In this document: positions 12,869 through 24,304 of the stretch, piece by piece
Numbering within the stretch: position 1 is the stretch's first letter
How the letters are laid out: every line of letters begins with the position of its first letter
From: Lama glama
Taxonomy: Eukaryota
Length of the DNA stretch: 64,000 nt
Direction: 5' to 3'
Assembly: GCA_028534125.1 (NCBI GenBank)
Contig: CM052818.1
Location: forward strand, 42,286,001 to 42,350,000
Translations under genes and position numbers: made by a program
Notes under the pieces: model-generated
Seen by the model: the letters and a program-made list of their open reading frames with translations, nothing else
What the model was told of the DNA's origin: nothing
Database searches by the model: none

Positions 12869-12931
12869 TCATAAAACAGAGGTAACCACAGCTCTGCATG
12901 ACATGGTAGACCAGCTGGAACACATTCTCAG
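12869..12931 (+). CDS. NBAS: NBAS coding exon (63 nt)
   Basis: ctttag|TCATAAAAC...CTCAG|gtgaga; HKTEVTTALHDMVDQLEHIL(S); phase 2/2. Confidence 0.94.
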
Positions 12932-13104
12932 GTGAGAAAAATGAAAGATATGTTGGTTCTATGCTGATTAAGGAGGTCTGCCCAAGAAGTGTTACCTTAG
13001 ATACGCCCAGTAGTCATTTCCAGTTTGACCTCATATTTGTTTGAGTATCTTAGGGGGTAGTTTTCTTAATAATGAAGTAATACCAGCTTATTCTAGCAGA
13101 GTGC

Positions 13105-13300
13105 CACAGCAATAAGGACATGGACTTTGAGGACCAGTAGACCCGTGTTCAAATCTAGGTGTTGTCACTTATTAGCTGTGTGCTCTCTGAGCCTAGGGTT
13201 TTCTTATCTATAATATCTAACTCATGAGATTGCAGAATTAATATTAGATGAAGCATTTAAAGTGCCTGACACATAGTAGGTAGATAAGAAATTTTAGTTC
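13105..13300 (+). mobile_element. MIR SINE
   Basis: ggactttgaggaccagtagacccgtgttcaaatct...cacttattagctgtgtg...agtgcctgacacatagtagg. Confidence 0.7.
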
Positions 13301-14796
13301 CTGCAGCAGTTATTACAATGTCAGCAAACAGTGTTTGTTATACCCTTAACTTTCCTTTTTTGGGTACAGGACACTTTACTGAATGTCTGGGTTATATTGG
13401 TAACTCTATCAATATTCTTTACTGTGAAATGAGACATTAAACTGTCTCTTTTGGAGACTGAAAACTTGTGATTTGCTGTTCAGACAGCCTAATATTGTTT
13501 ACTAGTATTCTGTTTTACATGTTTACATAATGTACTTATGTGTAATTTTTAAGCATTTGCATTAAAAATAAAATTTTAGTAATAATAAATTTTGTTCTTC
13601 CAATATATAATTACAGAAATTATAGGTAATGACATCACTTGATAGTGGTAATGTGTATAGTAAAGTATAAGATTTGGAATCTAATAATTAGGTGTCTCTC
13701 TCCTCCCCCAGGCCTCTCTGAAAAATAAGCATAGTTTGACCAAAGCTTAATGGATTAAGTTAATATAGATTCATTTCTTACAAATCTGCATGGCTACCTT
13801 TGTTTCCCTAATGAAATTAAAAAGAGCTTTGTCAAAGAGAGAGAGTATGATAAACATCATTTGTTTCATAAAAATTATTATTTCATAATAAACATCATTT
13901 ATTTCACTGAATGCTCCTGGGTATAACCGTGGGTGTTTTGATAGTCAGATTATGCTCTTAATACCTCAAGAAAACGGTAACACCGTATAGGTTTCTGGAT
14001 GATACCGAGATCTTTCACTGTTCAGCTTGATTTACTGACCTTTTAAAAGGAGAACTTTTTATTCCTGTTCTACCTCATAGCCATTAATAGTTGATAAATG
14101 TTTCAGTTGTACATATTGTCAGGTGACATGACCCATGAAATGTATCTTTATGAAGAGTTACTGAATTCTGTCTGGCTTCTTTTTAAGCCCAGTGGTGGTT
14201 AATTCATAAGTGTGAGACAAGGTATATATACAATGCTGATGATTATGGAATGGGATATCTCAAGAAGATTCATATGAGAACAAGAATCTTGTTTGTTTAT
14301 GGAATGGGTGGATTCTTGAGGGAAATTGAGCCTTATGGTGTTTCTATGGTTCTCCAACTATAAAATTCTTTGCTTATTGCTTTTCTAGCAGCCTGTGACA
14401 AAATACTCACTAGGGTTGTTAAGAGTTAAAGCTGGGTATTGCAATGATAGATTTGGCTTATTTTGCTGACTTGATGCTTTTATAGTACAGGAAAATTGTA
14501 AAAAAAGATTTTGAAATAAGGATATACCAGGCTTTTTAAAAAATATATTGACTTACTTTAAAAAATGTATTACCTTATATTGTAGTAAAAGTCAGTAGGG
14601 GTAATAAGATTTGATATATAACTATTAGGGTTTTTTTTTTTTGCTGAGAATTTTATGCATAAAATTGGGTCATTTCATGTGCTGCTTTTGTTTTTTTTTA
14701 ATACTTAACATCTAAGTGCTACTTATATGTTTAAAATTATTAGAGTTTTTTGTGTGGTAGCAAGACTTCTTTAAAAATTCTTCATTCACTTAACAG

Positions 14797-14919
14797 TGTG
14801 TCAGAGATTCTGGAGAAACATGGACTTGAGAAACCAATTTCATTTGTTAAAAATACTCAGTCTAGCTCAGAAGAGGCACGCAAGCTGATGGTTAGATTGA
14901 CCAGGCACACCGGTCGGAA
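14797..14919 (+). CDS. NBAS: NBAS coding exon (123 nt)
   Basis: taacag|TGTGTCAGAG...CGGAA|gtaagt; VSEILEKHGLEKPISFVKNTQSSSEEARKLMVRLTRHTGR(K); phase 2/2. Confidence 0.96.
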
Positions 14920-14974
14920 GTAAGTAATAAACAAAATTAATTGATAATTGTATATGATTAAAAATAAGTACTGC

Positions 14975-15610
14975 TCTTTTTTTTTTTTTTAACTTTGGGT
15001 TATAGTTGACCAACAATAAATTGCACATATGGAAAGTATAGAAGTATCTGGTAAGTTATGGTATGTGTGTATGTCCATGAAGCCATCACCTCATTCAGGA
15101 TAATGAACATATCCATCACCCCTAAAAGCTCTCTTTTGCTCGTTTATAATCCCGCCCCTTCTTCTGCTTCTCCTCACCACATGCCCAGCCCCTCCTCCGG
15201 CTGCCAGTGATTTATTTTCTGTCCCTGTGTATTGCTTTGAATTTCCTAGAATTTTATGTAAATGGAGTCACAAAAGTTTGTTTTGCTTCTTTCACTCAGC
15301 ATGGTTATTTTGTGATTCATCCATGCTGTGTCATGGATCAAAAGTTTATTCCATTTTGTTTGCTGACTACTATTCCATTGATGGGTTCACTTCATTTTGT
15401 TTATTCACTTGTTGATGGACATTTGCTTTTGAGTTTTGGCTTTTACAAATATAGGTGCTGTAAATAGTCATGTACATTTGAATCTTTGTTGAAAATCAAT
15501 TTTCCATATAATGGAGGCCTATTTTGGGGTCCTATATCTATTTGTCTGTCTTTCCTCTAATCATACTGTATTAATTATAGTAGATTTATGTAAGTCTTAA
15601 AACAGTCTCC
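14975..15610 (-). mobile_element. Old LINE-1 3' region, antisense
   Basis: poly-T then aataaattgcacatat...ttctttcactcagcatggttattttgtgattcatccatgctg...ttgatggacatttg. Confidence 0.8.
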
Positions 15611-18469
15611 TTGTCTCTCTTTTGACAGTTCACTATAGTTGGTGATTTGTATGCCTTATATTCCCTGAGAAATCATACGTTTATGTAGGGAAAGTGTTAC
15701 TGTCAGCACGCATCTAATTTGGAACCTCACATATCAGTGGCCTTCTCTCAGTAATTATTAAATGAATAATTTAGAAAGTTTGACAGTGTAAGTCTTAAAC
15801 TTCCTTTACAACTATAAATGAATGGTCAGTATTTCCCATCACATTGGCTCTCCTCTAGGACCTGCTCTTCAGCTGTTGCTGCTGCATTACCTGCTGGCTC
15901 TCCATTGAATCCCTCAGATACTTCTGCAGTCCTTGAAGTTAATTTCTGCTTATGACTTTCTACTTACTATGACTGTATCAGAGAATATGGCCTCTTTTTT
16001 CAAAGTAGCCAACTTGAAATGAATCTTAATTATTTAATATACACTACCATGGCTTGGCCTTCAGCACCTTTAGAATATTCTTATGCATATTCTAAATGGT
16101 GACAGATTTCATTGAATCTGTCACAAATCAGGTTTTACTATCTTGAGTGCAAGACTGTTTTTCCCAGGAAAATCCACCTCCATTCCAAAGCTGTAACTAA
16201 TACTTCATGTTCGTATTCAAGTATTTCTCTGTTAATTTGCAAACCTCTCGTATAGTGCCTCCAAGTTCTACTCTTGGTTCTTATTTACTGAATATATTCT
16301 GAAAAGGCCACTGGAAATAATGTCTTATAATTTATTTTAATTAGAACCTGTACTTACAGCTAACCATGTGTGAGAAAACATTAATACCATCTGTCCCACT
16401 GTTGCTGGCTTCCAGAACAGCTGGGCTGGGAGAACTTGAATTTAGCTAGACAATGCCCAGGTCTAATTTTATGAAGCTGGTGCAAGATGAACACTCATTT
16501 CGTCAAACATTTTGCTGCTTACCTGCCTGCGATTCAAATTTGACAGAGCCCTTCAGGTCTTTGAAGCCCACCCAAGGAGTTCACGTGGTCTAAATAGTGG
16601 AGACATACCAGGGATTATCCTGGACGACTTGCAAATATGTCAGTTTGTTTTGTGTGTTTGTATGCTGGGGGAAAAATGTGTTCTCTTAAGCTTTTTTTGC
16701 ATATGGGACAGAAATAATTGCCCATCTTGCATAACAAATATAAAATGCTGTAAGCAAATGAAACATATGGTTATTAGAAATTTTAGGTGAAAAAATTCCT
16801 GAAGACTAGAATTTTTACAGGAATGATCCCCCAATACATACTTTTTCCATAGCAATGCTGTTAGACACATTCTATTTGCCCTTAATGCATAAGAAAGAAA
16901 AAGATGTATGGAGAAGAGACATCCAGTTGGTATTTGACACCCACAAAACAGAACAAAACCTACCCTTTTCAAACAATGAGATTCATGATTATGTAGAACT
17001 TCAAGACTAGAAAATAAACATGTGATGGTTCCAAACTTCACATATATATTCAAGAAAGATGAACTTTGGAGAGAGGTAGAGAGGATTACAGCATCTTCTC
17101 CCTCCTGCTAGACAATATTTAGTGATTATGTGTGTGACTACAGGAAAACAAACAAAATCTGTTTGTAACTTTCAGATTCATTCCTTCACTTTTATTGAAT
17201 ACTGTTTTATACCAGCAAAATATGAGGAGTGTCTTTTCATACATTCTAGTTTAAATTAATCCTCACCATATACAAAAAGGGAATCTAAAGTTAAAGGAAA
17301 TTAAGAAATTTATTCAAATCCATACAGGTAATTGAGCTTGTTTTTATACTTAGGAAAAATCGTGCTTCAGTGCCTGTGTTTTATCAAAGTTAATCTCATC
17401 CATTCTTTACCACTCTCTCAGATGGGCTCTAAGTGAGAAAAACTGAAATTCAGGCTTATTAAATCCTCACAATCCCACAGCTGATACGTGACTGTCTGTG
17501 ACATTGTTGACAAAACCCTTTCCCCTGCTGCAGGAGACCCCGACCCATTAATTCTCTAACTCTGTAACTCTGGATACTGACATGAAATGGTATTTGATTG
17601 TGGGCCTCACTGCTTGATCCCTGATTGGTAAATTGCTTCTGTCTGAAAGAGCTGTAAATGAGCTAGAAAACCAGATAGGGGGTTTGTACTTGGGGTTTTC
17701 CCGTGTGTGGTCACTGCCATGTCCTTGAGGGGACCCTGAAAGCCATGCCTGTGAAATTGTTACAGAAGGTACTGGCTTTTGTGGGGCATGGCGCTTCTTC
17801 CTAAGCCTGATAGGAACGGCAGCTACCCTGCAGGGCTCTCTGTTGTTGCACCTGGGCTGTCACCTGGGCGGAAGAGAACCCCTGCAGCGCTCCGTCCGGT
17901 GCTGGATGCCCTGTGGACCCCTGCGAGGGCTCCCACTGAGAGCAACTATCGAGGCTGCCCTGGGGGCGAGCTGCTGTTACTCCCGCCCTCGCTCAGCCAG
18001 GTGTGGCCTCTGGTTGCCTTCTGGGTCTGCATGTGTGTTTGAGGTTAAGAGGATGCCCTGCTGGCGACTGCAGAGTGATGAAGATGGGATCTGAAGCTGA
18101 TTGTCCTGTCTCCAGGTGCTTTTTCTGCTGTGTCACAGCTGCTTTATCTAACCGGGCTTCGTTTTACCTGAGAAACTCACGGCTTCTTTCCCTTTTGTTA
18201 CTGTTGAATGCTATTCCATTGTGTCTAGGCAGCCTAGGACAGAGCAGCTCTGGAGCAGCTCTGGCGTTGATGCGTCGCTGTCCAGCCTTTCCCTCCATCT
18301 TTAATCAAAGTGTTTTCCTGGAGATTCAAGTGAGATGCATTCCTGTTGACCATTTGGGAGCCGTGTTGGCGTACAGAATGGTGGCACTGATTTTTTTTGC
18401 TTTTGGCCAATTGAAGAGAGAAGTTTCATGAATTACTTTCTTCTTTCTTTTCTCTTTTGTTTTCCCCAG

Positions 18470-18572
18470 GCAGCCTCCTGTCGGTGAGTCTCACTGGAGA
18501 ATGTTGCTGCAAGACATGTTAACTATGCAGCAGAATGTTTACACGTGTCTAGATGCTGACGCTTGCTATGAG
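18470..18572 (+). CDS. NBAS: NBAS coding exon (103 nt)
   Basis: long pyrimidine tract then ccccag|GCAGCCT...TATGAG|gtaact; QPPVGESHWRMLLQDMLTMQQNVYTCLDADACYE; phase 2/0. Confidence 0.96.
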
Positions 18573-21518
18573 GTAACTCTCCGTATGTAAATTATTTCCT
18601 TTTAATTTAGAAATTTTGGTCGTTACAGTTTGTTTATTGGACACAAAGATGACTATAAGCTTCACTCTAAGTAACGGTACTGAGTTACCGAATAATAGCT
18701 GGTAATTGAGTAGTGTTTTACAGTTGGAGCACTTTCATACCTACCTTCCTGTCTTCTCTTTCTGTCCGTTTCAACACCATCTATTTAGATTTATTTAGTG
18801 GGTTAATTCTCAGCTGGAAAACTCCAAATCGTACTTGACTCTTTCTAATCTGTCCTGTCTTCATCTCATAAATCACAGTATTGTCCGCACTTGTCTCCCT
18901 ACTTCCATCTCTCTTTCTTTCTTAGGCTGACAGAGTATTCTTCTGAAACCTTTTCGTGACACTTCCCCTTTTAAAATGCACTGCTTCTTCCATATCTACA
19001 GTCAGAAACTATCCATCCTTCTTAGCATGACGTTGAAAGCCACAGCAGATTGCAGCTACCCTGTGCATTCTCCACCCTGTGCTTCTGTGGTGCCAGGTCT
19101 GCCTTGAGTCCCTCCACTGACGATGCTGTTTCCTGTTTCTGTGACTTTGTGCACATTCCCTTTGCCTGGAATATGTTCCTCTTTTTTAATTTGAAAATTG
19201 CTGATAATTTTTAGGATTCAGCTCACTCATTATGCCCTCTAGGATGCCTTCATTTGTCCTTTTATATAACCTGTCTCTATTATAGGCTTGCTTTCACATG
19301 CAGTGACTTGTCTGTTTCTATGTGTGTTTCTTCCCCGTGGTCATGAGCTCCTAGGTAGGCATCACCATACCATGCATATTAGAGTGTCTGGGACACAAAG
19401 GATACTTAAGAATGGTCAGTCTGCTAGGAGTGTAACCCAGGGGGATTTAATCCTTACTTTGGAAGGTATGTGTGTTACCACCAAATCATTCATGGTTTGT
19501 GTGGAAAAAATGATTCAGCTAACCCATTTTTAATGAAATACAGTTTTAAAGAGGGCTCCCATTTGATAAACCAGATAAGCCAGACCAAAATTATATAGAA
19601 GCTTTCTTGTGTTGCTCTGCTCTGGCATTGCAAAGCACAGCCCACTGATAAAATGAGTTATAAAATGGGTCTCTGTGAAACTGATTGGTATTTTAATTCA
19701 AGCTGATTTTAACAAAAGAGTACTAATATAGGCTTTTGAGAAATGAATGATTTTATATTTGAACTTCAAGTTTTTAAATGCTTGATGTGTGTAAAGTTTA
19801 TTTTGATGATTACAATCTCAGACCACGTACAACTGCCAGTAACTTACTCTTTGAAAACCTGAAATTCAGTTACAGGAGAAAATAATCTATATGCACTGGG
19901 GTCCAAAATCTTACTGTCATCAGTATGCCTGAAATCGTGTTTTAAAGTAGGAGTAGCATTATTTCCTGGTATTTCCTGATGCTGATTTAAAAATTGGCAC
20001 TAAGTATATTACACTTGAACTGGCTTCTATGTAATCTGTCATAACAACTCGACGTGCTGCATTGTTCGTGTTATATTTTAGCACCTTTGTACCAGGCTTT
20101 GATATTTTAATGACTTTGGCCTATTTGTCTCTCTCCTTTGAGAAAATGTTTGAAATCATATTAGAACAGTCTTGAAACCGTTCTAGAAGAAGATAATATA
20201 GATTTGGTAAACTTAAACATTTTAAAATGTTTTAGTGCCATTTCAGTTATGCTGTATTGTCTTACTGACTTGTGGCTGCCGTATTAGGTTTTGCTGTCCT
20301 TGGAAAACAGTTTGAAATCTCATTGGCACAATTTTGATAAAGTTGAAGATTTCTGTGTAGCCTGTAGGGCAGAAATCTATATTGTTTATTTTAGCAAAAT
20401 TTTAAAATATTGGAGTGACTGAATTATTTTGACTCTTTATGGCTTACTAAACCCAAAGAATAGAGAAAGTGTTAATATCTAAGTCATTTTGGTCACTTGG
20501 AGGAAACTGTTTTTACCTGTCAGTCTAAGTAATTAAGGTTACTTATTGACAATTTGCTTTCTGTCACAATATGTATCTTATAGTGAATCCTTTGTAGATA
20601 TCAGTAATTTTATCCTTATCAGTCATTTTAGTAAAGGCCTGTCTAAAAATCCCTTCTCCAGAAGCCTAGAAACAAATGAAAATAAGGAGGTCCTAGGAAA
20701 GTTGGGTAGCTTTCTTACTTACAAGGAGACTCTTACTTCTCTGTGAAATCTTTTCATCTCTTGCTTTTGTTTCTGTGCTAAGCTTATCTCACAGTGGCCT
20801 GATAGGAAAGAGCATCCTTGGGGAAGTTCTTGTACTGATTACATATTGACGTCATTAGTGTGGGTTTAAAGGGATCTCTTTAAGACTTTCTGGAGTAAGT
20901 AAGTAATCTCAGTTGTAGAATAAATTTTATGTTCTTTGATCTATTAGTTGCCTTATAGAGTAATAGGACATTTGCATGAATACCTGTCATCAGTGACTTT
21001 TGTTTTATTTAAATAGGTTTTAATTTGCTGGTTGGGAAAAAAACTGTTATGGTATATTGTAATTTTAATGACTAAGTTTAACATGTGTAGCTTGGGTGTT
21101 TAGTTTGTGAGAACGACTTCATGTGCTTTAAGTAGTCATTAATTATGTGTACCATATTCAAAGATTTTCTTTTAAAAAATTGAAATGTTATAAATAGGTT
21201 AATCAGAGTGGGCCCTGTTGAGTTTGGGACAGTATGTCTAATGGATCTCGTTTTTAATGAGAATAAACTTTATTTTCTCAAGTATTCTTTGTAACTTGTT
21301 AAGGTATTATGTTTAGCATTGGTTTGTTCAGTTAAATTATTTCTTCTCCCTAAAAGATGGATTTTTTTATTGAGTTTTTTTTATTCACAATATTGTGCAA
21401 CCTCTACCTATAGGATGGATGTATTTTAATTTATTTCACTTGGATATCAGAGCCTCCATTGTGCTGAGAACCGAATCCTCCCTCAGTAAGCACTAATTCC
21501 AGTTTCTCTTTCCCCCAG

Positions 21519-21748
21519 ATATTTACAGAAAGCCTTCTGTGTTCCAGTCGCCTTGAAAATATCCACCTGGCTGGGCAGATGATGCACGGCAGTGCTTGTT
21601 CAATAAACCCACCAGCTAGCGGAGCCCAAAAAGGAAAAACCCAGTATAGGGTCAGTTATGAAAAAAGTATCGACTTGGTTTTGGCCGCCAGCAGAGAGTA
21701 CTTCAATTCTTCTACCAACCTCACAGACAGCTGCATGGATCTGGCCAG
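21519..21748 (+). CDS. NBAS: NBAS coding exon (230 nt)
   Basis: ccccag|ATATTTACA...GCCAG|gtagag; IFTESLLCSSRLENIHLAGQMMHGSACSINPPASGAQKGKTQYRVSYEKSIDLVLAASREYFNSSTNLTDSCMDLA(R); phase 0/2. Confidence 0.96.
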
Positions 21749-22814
21749 GTAGAGCAAGTCTGTATTCTTCCATGAGAGGGAGAGGGGAGTCAGAACACAC
21801 AGCCTTCATGGTTGGTTTTATTCTCTACTTTACAAAATATGTTATCGCAAGTACAGATTGACTCTGCTGGCTGAGGGACAGTTACTTACTGCTTGACTAT
21901 AGAAAGAAACCTTAATTACATCATGAATCTTCATTAACTTTCTTGTGACCCTTTGTGTCTAGCCTGCTTTCCCACAGTCACTCCAGCTGATTATCTGTAA
22001 GGTTGTACTTTTCTCCTGTTGGAAGAGATTCATGTGATAGCCTGCAAATTCCGGTTCTGGAAAATTTCAGCAGATTGGGTGACGCCTGTATCCTTTCCAC
22101 AGCTTGTGCTCTGTGTAGGGACAGGGGACCTGATTCATTACACAGTGAAGCTCAAAAGTCCGTTCCAGGTGGAAATTTCTGGACCACGAGTTCTTTTCCT
22201 CTCCTGGCCTGTGGACAGGAAATTTGATGTTCCTCTTTTTACTGTTGATTCTTGGGAGCTTTTTTGCATAGGGGACATTTGCCCTGTGGTTTAATTGTGT
22301 TGCCAAGTTTTTACTATATACAATCTATCTTATTTTTCCCCTCAAATGGACTGGTAGTTGTTTTAACTCTAGCAAAACTTAAGGTAACTTTTTTCCCCCA
22401 GTGATATCTTATCACAGAAAGAATCATGTTTTCTCAAACGATGTTATTGAACTTGACAAAGTTGTTTAAAACAGTTAGTACATTTTTTCCTTCTCTCCCA
22501 TGGAATAGTATTTCTATTTCAGATGATGAAAATATCAAATAGAATAGCCTTAGAAACTGGGAGCTATATTCGACCTAAATCTTTTTGACAGGTGTTCCCA
22601 GAGATCATTTTTAAAACTATACTTACAGTATTTCCCTTTCATTCCATTCCTTTTTCTCCCACAGTGATGCACCTTAATTTAAAAAATGTCATATGTGTGT
22701 AGCATGGCACCAAACGGTGACCGTTGAGCGCAGGCATATTTAATTGTTCACAGTTCTATTGAATTAGAAAATACCCCATCCATGCCTACTGATTAAATGA
22801 TTATTTGTTAACTA

Positions 22815-23290
22815 GTTTTTTTAATTGAGGAAGCAATACACCCACAAGATAAAATATTCAAAAATACAGAAGGATAGATGTTGACAATGTCTCTCTCCTC
22901 ATTCTAGTTGCCCTTTTTCCCTTAGCTGTTCTTAAAATCTTCCTTCCAGACTCTTATTAAATGTTACCCTCCTCTTTCTTAAATCACCGATAAATCCTTA
23001 CTACTTGTACAACATCTTCATCTTGTTTTATTAACTTACAGTCTACGTTGAAGGTTTTTCCACATGAGTACATATAGGTTTGTTTTCTTTTTTGATGGTT
23101 TGACTTTTATAGAATTTATTTAGTTAGTTCCTGATTGAGTCTATTTTCTTTCATTTTGGAAAGACGGTGGTAGTGAACATCCATAATTAAGTCTGTGCCT
23201 GTGAGAGCCTGTCTGTAGTGTAAATTCCTAGAACTGGAATTCCTGGGTTCAAAGGCAGGGACAGTTAGAATTTTGGTAGATGCACAAGTA
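22815..23290 (-). mobile_element. Ancient L1 (L1ME-like) fragment
   Basis: degenerate antisense L1 motifs (taaattcctagaactggaattcctgggttcaaagg). Confidence 0.55.
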
Positions 23291-24191
23291 GGTTATATAC
23301 TGTTCATACTTGAACCAATAGTAGTATATGTTAGTGCTCGTCTGATGTAAATTCTAAAATTTTGCAAGAGCAAGCTAGGCCTGTGTCTGTAACTCATCAT
23401 GTAGGTGGGTGATGGGGCCTGAATGTCCTCATCTGATGGTCCATGAGTAGCATTTGTTAGGTTTTCATGGCCCGAGCCTGTGTTTTCTAGTCTCATGCCC
23501 CATTGTTACACTCTACATGCACCTGGCAGAAAAATAAGATTGTCGTAACTTAAAATATTTATTAAAGTACATTTTCTCTGAGTTTAAAAAATTTTGCTTG
23601 AAATACTCTGTAGGTATCACAAATTCTTGTATCATCAGATCGCTTTCTCCTGTGTTTATCTCAGTACTGTGTCACCAACTGTTTTTTTAATCAGAAAAAT
23701 CTTGCGCAGTTTCTTAGGTGATTCTTTTTCCCTCTGAGAGCACAGTTGTGACTGAATGAAGGTATTTCTGTTTTCCTTAGAGAACTAACAGGACATTATC
23801 TGAATTCCATCTATTTTTTGTTTTATTATTCTTTGTAAGATGATTATTATCTTTGGGGTCAACAGTAAAGAGAGCATGAAACAGAGTTTCCATACCTTGC
23901 TTTATACTGCGATACCATTGCGTACTCTCACTGTAACCCTGAGCAAATCACTTCACCTCTCTGAGCTTCAGGTTTTTTCTTTTTTGGCTTCCTGAAAAAG
24001 CCAGTGGTGGTATTTGCCTGTCTCAGGCTTGCTGTGAGGATTAAACAAGATACCAGAAAGCCTCTAGCGCATTACCTGCAATGCAGTAGGTTTTCGAGAA
24101 ATATGTGTTGGATCTCATGTTATTGAATATAGAAAGGCAACTTAGCTAAACATATTTTTAAAAAAGGCAAAGTAACATATTTTTTCCCCAG

Positions 24192-24304
24192 GTGCTGCTT
24201 ACAGCTGATAACAGACAGGCCCGCTGCTGTTGAAGAAGAGCTCGATCTTATCCAAGCCCTGGGGTGTCTTGAAGAATTTGGTGTGAAGATTCTCCCTTTG
24301 CAAG
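24192..24304 (+). CDS. NBAS: NBAS coding exon (113 nt)
   Basis: ccccag|GTGCTGC...CAAG|gtgagt; CCLQLITDRPAAVEEELDLIQALGCLEEFGVKILPLQ; phase 2/1. Confidence 0.96.

Noticed and set aside
16099..16124. 10-bp perfect inverted repeat as an ncRNA/miRNA hairpin or terminator
   Set aside because: Too short for a pre-miRNA, and about one such stem is expected by chance in 64 kb.
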